Assembly (NCBI GenBank): GCA_963693365.1
Contig: CAVNZM010000011.1
Location: 3,267,098-3,331,097, forward strand
DNA from: Amoebidium appalachense
Lineage: Eukaryota > Protista > Ichthyosporea
Reading direction: 5' to 3'
DNA length: 64,000 nucleotides
The translations under genes were made by a program, and so were the position numbers. The notes beneath the pieces were generated by a model. It saw nothing but the letters and a program-made list of their open reading frames with translations, searched no databases and had not been told where the DNA came from. Positions 1-13,888 of this stretch are shown piece by piece. The stretch's first letter is position 1. Every line of letters begins with the position of its first letter.

Positions 1-97
1 GTCCCTCTCCCTCTGTCCGATCATTTATGTTGTTATTGAATGACATGATGGGTCTTTTCTTTTTACCTGCCCCCTGGGGCCTTATTTACTCTTTTAG

Positions 98-189
98 AAA
101 TCCAAGCCTGCCTGCAATGTGAATATCAACAAACTGTGTATGCTTTTGATCTGAAAGAGTATCTAAAGCTATCTGGATCACCACATTGA
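98..189 (+). CDS. possible terminal exon of an upstream gene (unidentified)
   Basis: A pyrimidine tract and acceptor (ttatttactcttttag) precede non-repetitive sequence open as (x)IQACLQCEYQQTVYAFDLKEYLKLSGSPH*. No recognisable homology. Confidence 0.2.
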
Positions 190-561
190 AGCACGCCTGT
201 TTATCAACAATCAAGCCCAAGGTAATGATGGTGGTCGTGCATGTCACGGTACGGCTGCGCGCACATGCACGCTTGGCTTTTTTTAAATTCTCATTTGTTT
301 CTTATTATTTTATTTTAATTTTTTTTGGGGTGGAGGGGAGGGGAAAGAATAGACTGATATTTTTGGAGCTTTTGAATGACCTATTTTTCCAGAAATGTAA
401 ATATACACCTTCCACAATCTGGTGCAGCCGTCCCCCCCCCCCCCCCCCCCCCCGTTGGCTGTATGTAGATCTGCCCATGAATCGCCCTTCCTTGCCTCCC
501 TCGATCACCACCCTACAATACACATACGGCCACAATTCACACAACTAACTTCACTCATTCG

Positions 562-624
<63 letters not shown>

Positions 625-1029
625 CACGCTGCACATCCACACACGTGTACGTGCACACCCGGTTAACACAGACGGTCACGTACCCGCACATGCGCGCACA
701 CACACCCACACAAACACAGATAAACACCCTCGCCCACAGACACACACACCGTTGCACACATAGAGGCACACAGCACACCCGCCCACCCACAGACACACGG
801 TAACAGATACAAGTGGGTGCCTGCCCGTTTTAAATCACATTTTCTTTTTTTATTATTTAGATTTTAAAAAAGAGTAGGAAGGAAAAACAAATTATGTTGC
901 AACAGGAGGGGCAAAAAAAAAGAAAAACCCAGTCAATCCAAAGTCTATGATAATCATCAATGTTGATAATGGCACGTTCGGTGTGTGTGTGTGTGTGCGT
1001 GCGTGCGCGCGCACGCCGAGCGCGAATGT

Positions 1030-1062
1030 TCCAAGGCAACACACCCAGACCCACACATGCAC

Positions 1063-1097
<35 letters not shown>

Positions 1098-1123
1098 GCA
1101 CACACACCACACACTTTCGCGCT

Positions 1124-1162
<39 letters not shown>

Positions 1163-1190
1163 GGCAACACACCCAGACCCACACATGCAC

Positions 1191-1228
<38 letters not shown>

Positions 1229-1256
1229 CACACACTTTCGCGCTCGCGCGTGCGCG

Positions 1257-1315
<59 letters not shown>

Positions 1316-1394
1316 CACACACACCACACACTTTCGCGCCCGCGCGTGCGCACACACACACACACACACACACATGTACGCAGCACACAGCACG

Positions 1395-1428
<34 letters not shown>

Positions 1429-1690
1429 GCACACAGACACACACACACACACACACATGTACACAGCACACAGCACACACACACACACAACCACACAGAT
1501 ACAGACACACACACACGCACACACACGTACACAGCACACATAGTACATACATACAGAAGCACGCAGACACACAGACACAGAGACACGACACACACACACA
1601 CATGCAAACAGCACACACACAAGCACACAGACACAAACCCAGAGACACACACACACACAAACACAGACACACAGACACACACACACATGT
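1030..1690. repeat. compound (CA)n microsatellite with an embedded ~128-bp tandem unit
   Basis: aaggcaacacacccagacccacacatgcacaagcaaac...cactttcgcgctcgcgcg recurs among (CA)n runs. Confidence 0.8.
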
Positions 1691-2684
1691 ACACGCTCTC
1701 GTACTAAAAGATGTCGCCGCACGGTTGTAGCCGCCCACCGTGCCCGCCGTGGCCGCAGGAGTGGACCGTTGATAGGAGGGGGCCAGGCTTGAAGCCGGAG
1801 AGTCATTTTATAGACTCACTCATATGGCACGGTCCATTCCAAGCATGCGCTCGGCATGTGACGAGACCAGTGCCCTGTATGCCGGTCTATGGCCCCCACC
1901 CTGAGTGACTGACTCCCGTCTTGACGCCGGCAAAGTAGACACCATTTTCATGATGCTTTTATACCCCAGCCAGATGGCGTTTGATTGTGGGACCAACGGT
2001 ACAAGTAACGCAATTTGCGCAACTCGCTTCTTAGTCTAAATTAGGCGATTTTTGATTGGAGGATCTGCCTTTCAAGAATGATCCACAGGCCGAGGCACTC
2101 GCCTATTGGATAAAGGATAGCTGAGCTATTTCCAAATATGGCTACTAATTTTATTGAACGAATAGGAATGCTTGCACTTATCTGATTGCGGTAGGCGGCA
2201 AAAAGAACAACAACTGGGTGCAAAAAACTGGCAGGATGAACAGTTCAAAAGGCTGGGAACTGGCAGTTGTGTGAGAAGCTGCCTTGAACTCACAAAAAAA
2301 CTAAGTTGTTTTTTTAAAAACCTCCCCTAATCTACGCACGAAAGCACGGGGCGCGCCATTAGACGGCTGGCAAAGGGTAAACTTTGTTTCTACCTCGTTC
2401 CATCTCTCAGTTTCTTGCACCTGTCCCTTATTCAACCAACAGCCTCTTTCCCCTCCCCTCTTTCTCTCCTTCCACGGGGCTTAGACTTTCCGCCGCGCCG
2501 CCCAAGGCATTCGGTTTTCCATCCCTTACTCCTCTGCATTACATACGCACAAAACCTGTTCCTGATGTCGAAGCTGTTTGGCGAGTGGTTTATCTGTACT
2601 CACCCTTGCGGTTGTGATCTTTCCAATGTTTTTCTGGCACGACAAACTCTCGTGTCTGCCACCTGTGTTACTATTCTTCGTCCT

Positions 2685-2716
<32 letters not shown>

Positions 2717-3084
2717 TTTCTAAATTCCTGTTCCACCCCAGTGATTCCCCCCATCCCTTTGCTCCCACCACGTTTGGGTAGATGACCCCACCAAAATCAC
2801 CGAACTGTTACCTTAGGTGTATGTGCTGCCTTTGTCGGGGAACCTACAAAACAGAAATCCGTCCTTCAACATACTTGTCGCATTCACACACTATAACAAG
2901 CACATCTCTTCACAATCTGAAGGGGAGGGGGAGGGGGGGGGGGGGGGAGGGCAACACAAGGACCGATTGTTTTAGTGCACTCTTAGATCTACTTAATAAA
3001 TCTACTGAACGACCACTTACATTCCTTTTGGTTTTTAAATGTACTTCTGGTAGAGGCAAAGTCTGTGCAGACATTCCTGACAAA

Positions 3085-3568
3085 ATGGGTAACATCCTTT
3101 CTTGTAAGTAGCCCCCCTCCTTCCCTCCCTTCGCCCTCCTCCCCCTCCCCCTCCCCCCCGCCTCCTCCTCGTTCCCCTTACTTCCCACCCACTCTGGTCG
3201 TAGTCGTAACCACTCGCAAGCACACACTGTAAAGCTTAAAGCACACACTGTGAAACTTAAAGCACACTCTATAAAACCTAAAGCACACATTATAAGCATT
3301 CTATAAGACTTAGAGCACACAACATTCATCTTGAAACGCACACTATGAAGCTTAACACACACTATAAAAGTTTCCCTCAAACCCTGTTTCTTTTGGGCAT
3401 CCTAGATATGCAAAAGTTGCACCCCCCAATATAAACGTAACGACTTGTTAACCTACCACAATATGTTCATTTTTTATCATTCACCGTCCCCCCCCCCCCC
3501 CCCTCCCCCCCCCTCTTTCCTCCAAACCCTCTCTCCTCACCCTACTCTCCCCAGCCCCCCTCCCCCCC

Positions 3569-3610
<42 letters not shown>

Positions 3611-4228
3611 AAAAAAACTCCCCCCCCATCCCCTCCCAGCCCACCCCCACATACACAAACACACACACACACACACAAAAACAGAAATAATGAAAAGAAA
3701 AAAAATAGGAAGTGAAATAGATCAGCTCCCCAAAACCCTCAGCATGAACCCCCCCCCCCCCCCCCCCTCCCCTTCACACAAACACACACGGGCAGCGATC
3801 CCATTCCACGGTGCCCGACACCCTTTATGAAAGATCAGTCACAGTCACCCAAAAGCACCTCTAAGCACATCTACCGAACGGGGATACAGAATAAAAGATG
3901 TGTTGTTACACATCCGTCCGTGTTTATCAAACAAACACACAACCGAACCCCCCCCCCCCCCCCCCCCCCCCCCTCCCCGCCCCACACATACACACACACG
4001 TACACACGCACACACCCCCCCCCTCCCCCCTCCCCCCCCCCCCCGCCCCACACACACACACACACGTACACATGCACACACACATTGAATACCGCCGTCC
4101 CCCCCCACACACAAACAGCCCCCTCCTCATCCTCCCCCCCCCCCCTGCCCCTCCCCCCCTCCCCTCCCCCCTTCCTCTCTCATCAAAAAAACACACCCAT
4201 ATGCACCCACCCAGCCACCTACACACAG

Positions 4229-4326
<98 letters not shown>

Positions 4327-4762
4327 ACACACACACACACACACCCAGCCCAACCCACGGAGACACCGTTCCCCTCCCCCCTGCCCAACCCCACCGACCC
4401 ACATGTGAAGAAGCAATCTGTCGTTGTGGAGGGCACAGGCACGTGGGGGTCTGGCATCCATAGATGCCCAGAGGCTGCCGGTGTGTTATTTTACCCCCCC
4501 CCCCCCCCCCCCCCCCCCTCCTTCCCCTCCCTCCTCCCCACCCACCCCACCCTCTCTCTCCTTCTCCCTCTTCCCCCTCCTCCACCCCTCCTCCCCCATA
4601 TATGCAGGTGTCTTGTGTCCTCCCTCCCCCCCCCCCCCCCCCCCCCCCCCCCACACACACACACCTCACGCTTCTCCCACACCATTGCTTCTCTCTCTGC
4701 GGGCTGCCCTCTAATGCATGCATCACCCCCCCTCCCCCCCCCCTCTCCCCCCCCTCCCCCCC

Positions 4763-4793
<31 letters not shown>

Positions 4794-6001
4794 AAAAAAA
4801 AAAAAAACAAAAAAAACCACCGCCGCTCCCCCAACCCCCGAACTTCTGTCTCCCCTCATCCCTTCCCGCACCGTCCCTACTCGCTCTCCCACTACCCCAC
4901 CAGCTCCCCCCCCCCCCCCCCCCCCCCTCCTCTCCCCTCGCCCCTATAGGAATGTCTTAGCTTTTGGTTTCTCAGTCCTCACCCCTCTTCCTCCCCCTCC
5001 CCCCCCTTCTCCCCCCCCCACGCGGCCTTCATCCTAATGCATCATTCTGGCTGGAACAGTTATATTTGAGGCCCCTGAAAAAGGAAAAGAGGGAAGGACA
5101 AAGAAAAGAAGAAGGGCCGATTGGTGAGGTTGAAGGGCCGGAGAGGGAGAAAGGGACAAGGAAAGGGGTGATATATTAGATTTGAGTATGTGCGTTCAGG
5201 GGAGGGGGAAAAACAGGAAGGGGAAGAGAAAGGGGTGGGGGGGGGGGGGGGGGGGGGGTCATTGAGCAATACGGCAACACGCATCCCACATCTGTGCACT
5301 ATTTCCTCACCACCCATCCACCACAGACCGCCTAATCGGGGTGGAGGATCCCTACATGGCCACCCTCTATGACAACTTCCGGTATGACCCCCTCCCTCCC
5401 CTCCCCCTTTTCCTTCCGGAGACGTTTTCCCAACCAAAGAAAAAAAAAAGAAAGGGGAAAGGACACAACAACAACACCTCCCTCCCCCCCCCGGCGCCCA
5501 CATACACACACAGGCAATTTTTGGTCTCACTTGATAGCACTGTGATGCAACACTTTCCCTATTTTTTTTTGTGTGTGTGTCCGTTATGTCCCACGCACAT
5601 GATTGTCAACTTCCTACTTGGCAACTGCAGTGTTTCCCCAAGGCACAATTCATTCTATGTTTTTCTGACATTTAGTGTTATCTCGTTCTTATTGTATCAG
5701 ATGGCGGCGGTAGCGGGGGCGCGGGGGGGGGGGGGGGGGGGGGGCAGGATATGTATTGGCAGGATATGTATTGGCATTACATCAGCGTCCTCTTCTCATC
5801 TTTTACCGTTGTAGCTATGTAAGATTTCATTTCTTCACCTGGTGTTTAACCAAGCGCCCCCTTCACGCCATCCTATCTTACCTGCTTCCTCAACACCCAT
5901 CACACAAGCATGCTTATGCACACACTTAACTTCCGTCCTTTGTGTCTTCCCCCCCCCTCATCTTTAGCATTTGACCGTGTCACGTGCAAAAGCATGCAAG
6001 T

Positions 6002-6039
<38 letters not shown>

Positions 6040-6297
6040 ACACACACCCGTTTTCACCCCATATCCAAACACACCCATTTATCCCCTCCATACCACTTCG
6101 ATGTTGTTTCCCACATGCCCGTACCTTCCATATATGGGCCTCACGTGACTGACCATGTGGTTTGCACGTGCACAGGCTGGGGGTGACCAAGTACCCCGAC
6201 AGTGCCTGCCTGGGACAGAGGAAGATGGTCGATGGACAGGCGGGAGACTATGTGTTTGTCACATACAGTACGTGTGTGTGTGTGTTTGTGTTTGTGT

Positions 6298-6328
<31 letters not shown>

Positions 6329-6894
6329 GGGGGGGGGAGGGGGGGGGGGAGGAAGGGAACAACTCGTGTGCCTACAAGGTGGTTTGGGGGGAAGGGGAAT
6401 AGCTGTGGGGGGGGAGGGGGCTGTGAAATTGGTGTTAATGTGACGGAGCATGGATCATGAGTAGTGTGTGGCACCCTCATTTGATAGGTGGAACCCTAGG
6501 TGTGTTGTGATCACACGGTTGTTGACAAAATTGTCATCATGTCAAATCTGAATCGGATTTTTTCTGTGTGCGTGGTGGTTGGGTGGTTGGGGGGGGGGGG
6601 GGGGGGGGGGGAAGAGGGGGGAGGGGAGATGGGGGAGATGGGGGAGCGAGGTGGAAGAAGAAGAAGGGAATAGGGATTTAGCAAGGAAGAGATTGCTGTG
6701 CTCAAATCAATGCCCAAATATGGCTATGGGATCTGCAATCTGATTGATTACTACAGAGACTGTGGCGCAGTGGATCACGGAGGTTGGGTCGGCCCTGCGG
6801 CATGTGGGGGTACAGAAGGGGGCAAACGTCGGCATATACTCAAAGGTGCTCACACAGGCACACGCGCACGTGCTCACACATACACAAACACGCG

Positions 6895-6934
<40 letters not shown>

Positions 6935-6971
6935 TGCGTGCGTACACAGACACCCAGACACACACACGCAC

Positions 6972-7033
<62 letters not shown>

Positions 7034-7700
7034 GCACGCACACGCGCGCATGCACACACGCATCCCTCTGTACACACCCACACACACCGACCGCAAAACC
7101 CTTTCTTGGGTGGTGGAGGTATTGAGGCCCCTCTTATGATAATGCACCATGTTTACAACTTTCATACTCACTATCAATTATTTATAGGAAAATTATTGTC
7201 AATCGGGTACCTCCTGCATGCATTTCAGTCTTGGCTTTTGTTTTTCTTATCCTCCACCTGCCCTACCCCCCCCCCCCCCCCCCCAAAAAAAAAAAAAAAA
7301 AAAAAAAAACAAAAAAAAACAAACACACCCACCTTCCCCCCCCCCCCCCCCCCCCCCCCCCCTTCCCCGCCTGGTCCCCCTCGTGCCTTTGACGAATACC
7401 CCACTGTCCCCCACCCCTTCCTGTTGTCAATACACTACATATGCTTCTCGTCCACACGGCTGTCACACATCCATGTAATCAAGCCTCTCCACACTAATAC
7501 ATAGTTTCCCATCTGTTCACGTAAAGACACACACCAAGCACATCTGCCTTCCCCCCTCCCCCCCCCCCCCTCCCCGCCCCCCTCCCCTCCTTCCTCCCCC
7601 CTCCCCACGGATGTGCCTCAAGCTACATGAATCCTCAATGCTTATTCCCCCACCTCCCCACCTCCCTTTCCCCCAACACACACACACACACACACAGACA

Positions 7701-7739
<39 letters not shown>

Positions 7740-7914
7740 CACCCACCCACAGAACAAAACGGAGTGGGTAGTGATTGAGCAGGCATGCAACGCCTACACC
7801 CACCCCACAGTGGCTGTGTACGATACATTTGGTCAGCCTCCCCCCCCCCCCCCCCCCCTTTCCTCAGGTTTAAAGGTTAGGGTTTTGTGTGTGTGTGGTG
7901 GTGATGGTGGTCGG

Positions 7915-7954
<40 letters not shown>

Positions 7955-8465
7955 TATACATCTATCCATGTGATGTGGAAAACACTGTGTTGTCATTTTG
8001 GTTTTGGAGTGCAAACGGAAGCGGACCTTTTCCGGTGTTCATTCCTGGGTGCATGTACAAGGGGGGGGGGGGGGGGGGGGGGGGGGAGGGTCTCCCCTCA
8101 TACACTGCCTCCTCCCAATCCCCACTTTCCCCCTGATTTTATTAGCCTATATGCATGCATGGGATCTACCTACACCCCCCCCTCCCCCCCCTCCCCCCCC
8201 CCCCCCCCCCCAGCTGACCTCATTCCCTGCAAGTGAGAAACAAACAAATTCGTGAAGAGATCTCGATGCTTTCTCATCTATATGTGAATTGTTTTTATCC
8301 CCTACTGATGTATTACCTGCAGGCCCTGATGCCGTGCACTTTGTGATGAAACACTCCGAGATGCCCATCGTGTTTCTCGAAAAGGACAAAGTCCCCGCCG
8401 TATGTCCCCCCCCCCCCCCCCCACCCCACCCCCCGCGCTCCCCCGCCGCCAGTGCCGCTTGCCTG

Positions 8466-8496
<31 letters not shown>

Positions 8497-8860
8497 TTCT
8501 ATCAATCAGCTATGTACGCTGGGACGTCGGTGTCAGCACAAAAAACAACTCACATGTAGATGAGTAAGCATTGTGACCTTACTACCACAGCATGATTTTT
8601 GTTTGTATTCCACTTTGATTATCCCGGTTACGTTTTTACTTTGCAATCATTCATTTTCAATCTACAGATTATGGCATGCATCTGAGTGCTGCATGGCATA
8701 CTCTGTGGCCGGCCGATCAAATGAGCACATGCACGATCACCAAGAAATATCCGCGTCTGAGGAAATACGTTTAGGAAATTTACATGGACTTGGCATATAA
8801 ACCTTTGTACTTACAACCTGCCCCGACGTATAACACATGCTTAAACACACATACACACAC

Positions 8861-8921
<61 letters not shown>

Positions 8922-8931
8922 CACACACACA

Positions 8932-8981
<50 letters not shown>

Positions 8982-9001
8982 GATGCATGCACACGCGCGC
9001 G

Positions 9002-9033
<32 letters not shown>

Positions 9034-9956
9034 GCTGGCCAGCTCTATCGCCATGGGGCTGCCCACCCTAAAGTATGCTGTAGTCTTCGAAACGGTGACC
9101 GAGGATGACGTAGCAAAGTTTGCTGCCAGTGGGGTTAGACTAATGACCTATTCAGACTTCCGCGCTATGGTAAGTCTTGCGTAAGACGGTTTTGGGAGGC
9201 TGGCGGTAGGGGTGGTGGTGGTGGTTGTGGTGTGTGTGCATGTGTGTGTGTGTGTGTTGGGGGGGGGGGGGGAGGGGGGAGGGGGGGGGGGGGGGGGGGA
9301 GGTGGGGGAAGGGGGCATGGAGGAGGAGGAGGGAGCCTTAGGTGGTGGTGGTGGTGGTGAATGGAGGAGGTGGTGGTGTCTGTTTTTTTGTTTTTTTCTT
9401 TTATTGGGGGGGGGGGGGCGGAGGGGGGGCATTGTGGGATAAAGTGAAATTTGACGACCATGTGAGCAAATCCCGAGTTGCAACAAAGCAAGTGGGCGCT
9501 AGGCTGGATGTTTGCATGGGCATCAAATTGGGGTCTGGGACTTCTTTCGGCCTAAGCACTTGTGACCACGAACTGGGTCTATAAAAAGTAACGAAAGTGA
9601 CCAAATGGCCATTTATAAACATGGTGCACCCCAAATTTACACCGTAAACAACACAACCGGGTTGACTGATGAAAGTTCAATAACTCCCCCCTCCCTCCCC
9701 TTCCCGCCTGTTTTCCTCCTTCTATTCTCACTCATTCACCACGGCATTATAATTGCAGGGCCGTGAAAATCCACACCCGCATGAGCCCCCCCGCAGCAGT
9801 GACATAGCCATCATCATGTACACTAGTGGCACTACGGGGGACCCAAAGGGCGTTATCCTCACCCACGGAAACATGGTGTCAACACTCAACTCGGTATATA
9901 ATGACAACCCCCCCCCCCCCCCCCAAAAAAAAAAAAAAAAAAAAAAAAAAACCAAT

Positions 9957-10003
<47 letters not shown>

Positions 10004-10109
10004 GGGAGAGAGAGAGAGAGAGAGAGAAGATAAAGAAGAAAGAAGAAACACACACACCACACACATTTCTCTTTTTGTGTCTTCTGCCTTTATTCTTGCA
10101 CGATTTCAA

Positions 10110-10143
<34 letters not shown>

Positions 10144-10974
10144 ACACACCCATACACACACACGAAAAAAAAAAAAGAAAAAGAAAAGAAACACCACATC
10201 ACAATCATTCCTCTTTTTCTATCTTCTACCTTGGCTCTTACACGTTTTTGATCCTCCCTCCCCCCCCCCCCCCCCCCCCCCTCCCCCGGACAGCCGGTTT
10301 TGCAGCCCTTTCTTTCATGCGCCTGCAATACTGAAACAGTTGATGTTCTAATAGGGGTTCCTTACTTGCATTGTCTTCTCTTCTTTTATTTTTTTTTGTG
10401 AATAAAAGAGCCAATTGGAAGAAGGCGGCACCAACCGACCCTATCCTGACCCTAGGTAATCTCCGTGATGTGAATCCCCATGGACAGCCAATAACTTATT
10501 ATACATCCCGACCTTATTATAAACCCATCCGTAACCCCATTCAACCCCAACTAACGCTATTACTTAACTTCAACCAACCCTAATATAACCCCAACTAGCG
10601 CTATCACCTAACCCCAACCAACCCCAAGTAATACTTATGGATTCACACCCCAGGTTGAAGAGCGGATACGTGTTGTGTCTGAGGATGTGCACCTTTCGTT
10701 CCTGCCGCTAGCCCACTGTTTTGAACGTATTGTACAGGCAAAATTCTTCAGAGCAGGGGGGCGCATTGGCTTCTATCAGGGGGTATGTAATAGAACCCAA
10801 CCCCCCCTCTCTCGTGTGTTCGAGGGGAGGCGGCGCCGGGGGGGGGGGGGGGGGGGGGGGGGGGCGAGGGGGAGGGGGGCAGGGTCCGCATCAAGTGCAC
10901 TATGGCCCTTATACTTGGGAGGTGGTTAATAGGATGTGTGCCTGTGACAGTTATGCTCGAAGATGTGTGTGTGG

Positions 10975-11021
<47 letters not shown>

Positions 11022-11212
11022 GCATGTGCACGATGAAAACTCTGTCCTTGAGAGGGGGAGTTCATGGGAGGTGTGCTTGAAATATAAATGTTTGTGGGGG
11101 GTCGATAGGATGTGCGCAAATTGCCGGACGATATCAAGTGCCTGCAGCCAACCATCTTTGTGGGCGTGCCTCGTGTCTTCAACCGCTTCTATGACAAGGT
11201 GTGTGTGTGTGT

Positions 11213-11300
<88 letters not shown>

Positions 11301-12547
11301 ATGAACACGTACACAGGTAGAGAGGAGCGGGAATCAGAGGGCGCTTTAAACACGGGTAAAGGGGGAGAGTCAATCGAGATAGAATACAGCGTTCTGGCAG
11401 ACACGGGTATTGATTGGTTGTCGGTCAGAGACGAAAGTATGGGAAAGGGTTAGCTGGTAGCCACAGGACACCCCGCACCTTTTACCAACCGCACGAGTCA
11501 AACCTACTTATATCCCCCCCGCCCCCTCCCCCCCTCCCCCCTCCCCCCCCTCCCCCGCGCACGCACACACACACCATATTGACAACTCATATCCCGCCCT
11601 CCCTCCCCCCTCTCTTCCGAACACACCCCACTACCCATTACACACATTGCATTTCCATCCACCCGCACGAGTCAAACCTACTTATATCCCCCCCCCCCTC
11701 CCCCCTCCCCCGCGCACGCACACACACACCATATTGACAACTCATATCCCGCCCTCCTCCCCCCCTCTCTTCCGAACACACCCCACTACCCATTACACAC
11801 ATTGCATTTCCATCCACCAACCCCTCACACCTCCCTCCCTCCCCCCCCCCCCCCCCCCCCCCCCCAATACCCACCCACCCATCCCCCCCCCATCCCCCCC
11901 CCCACTCCCCATCCCCCCCCCTCCCCTCCCTCCCCCCACCCACCACCATTCCCCCCCCTCCCCCTCCCCCTTCCCCCCCCCACACCCTTACCCCGTCCCT
12001 CCAAGCCCGCTCACCCCCCTTCCCATCACACAGGTGCTACAAACAGTCAACCAAGGGAGCACAGTCACACAGACCCTCTACCACACCGCCTATTCCTACC
12101 GCAAGAATGCGCTATCAAATGGCCAGGACACGCCCTGGTACAACACACTGCTGTTCAACAAGTTTAGGGCTGCACTGGGCGGTAGGGTGAGACTCATAAT
12201 CACTGGTTCTGCTCCACTTGATGTGAGGGTGCATGAGTGGCTGAGAGTGTGAGTCTCCCTCCCTCCGCCTCTTTCCCCTTCCCATCCACCCCCTGTTGCT
12301 CCCCTCCTCTCTCCCTTTCCCCCTCTTCCAGTCGCTCCCAACCCCTCCAAGCCCCCCCCCCCCCCCCCACCCACCCAAACTCTAACCCTTCCACCACCAC
12401 CACAAACACCATTATCCCTCCCCCCCCCCCCCCCCCCCCCCCTCCCCCTCCCCCCCCCTTTCCCCCCCGCAGCCTACCCTGTGGCACCTCAGGGATTCCA
12501 CCTTTTCTTGATTCTTTACTCCGTTTTCATTTCCCACCACACACACA

Positions 12548-12624
<77 letters not shown>

Positions 12625-13067
12625 ACACACGTAAATACAGGTGTCTCGGTTCCATTTCAAAAACCCCTAGCACACCCAAATTGCAATTTAGGTCTTCTGA
12701 CTACATAGATTGTTTACACCACACGCGAACTGATAGGGCTACCATTTAACCCATCACTCCAACCACCTTAACCCCCTTCCCCTTCCCCTCTCTCTCTCTC
12801 TCTTCTCCCCCCCCCCCCCCCCCCCCCCCCCCCCACGCGCCCTCTTTCACCCTCTTCACCTTTCCTGTTCTCAAAGTTGGACACAAGCATACGCCTGTGC
12901 ATTCGACACACACATCCTACAAGCTTCGTGCGTGTGGATACTAAATTCCCTCCGCACCCACCCAACACTCACACACCACCACCACCACCCTTCCCCGACC
13001 ATGTCTACTATATGGTGGACACACACCAACGCACACATGCCCGCATGCGCATGCACACACGCACACA

Positions 13068-13098
<31 letters not shown>

Positions 13099-13107
13099 GC
13101 ACACACA

Positions 13108-13151
<44 letters not shown>

Positions 13152-13337
13152 TGTGCCCGCTTGTTCTGCAGGGCTATGGTCTGACCGAGACCTGTGCCGG
13201 CTCCTCTGTGCTGCTCACTAACGATTTGGCTGTGGGCTCCTGTGGGGGTCCTATAGGCTGCAACGGTATGGAACACCCCCCCCCCCCCCCCTCTCCCCCC
13301 CTTCCAGCCCGTTTTCCCTGCTTTCCTCCCCCCTCCC

Positions 13338-13374
<37 letters not shown>

Positions 13375-13831
13375 CGCACCCCGCCACCAGGCTTATCATT
13401 ACCTGCCTGTCCCGGCCCCATTTCCTTCTCCACTCCTTCGAGCTCCCGGAAAGTCTATTGAAGATAAACAAGCTCTGCCTGGCTCACAGGATCAACACCA
13501 TTATTCAGTTTCTTCTGTTGTTTGCCTGTGCCCGACTCTGAATGGTACTTGCGCTGTTCCACTGTGTGTGCTGGGAACTTTGCGTGCTGTGTTTTTGATA
13601 GCTGTACTCTCCCTCTTCTTTACTGCTGAGGAATGTGCGTTTAAAATCCAACCCCCCCCCCCCCCCCCCCCCCTTCCCCTCCTCCGTCCTCCAGTTGCGC
13701 TGTGTTGTGAGAACACGAACCCACACGTCGTTGCTGCCCAGACCCCTTGTTCCACTTCCATATGTGCATGCATAAACCTATCTACCCTCAATCACTTACT
13801 TGCTCATTCGTCCACCCACCCACCCACCCAC

Positions 13832-13888
<57 letters not shown>

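Noticed and set aside
1690-1960. GC-rich segment with small hairpins as an ncRNA
   Set aside because: No tRNA, snRNA or rRNA motifs were recognised, and the hairpins are short.
3796-3900. Extra ACSL exon ([16 protein letters not shown]...HIYR)
   Set aside because: It is out of phase with exon 1 and gives a stop, whereas exon 4349-4480 joins cleanly.
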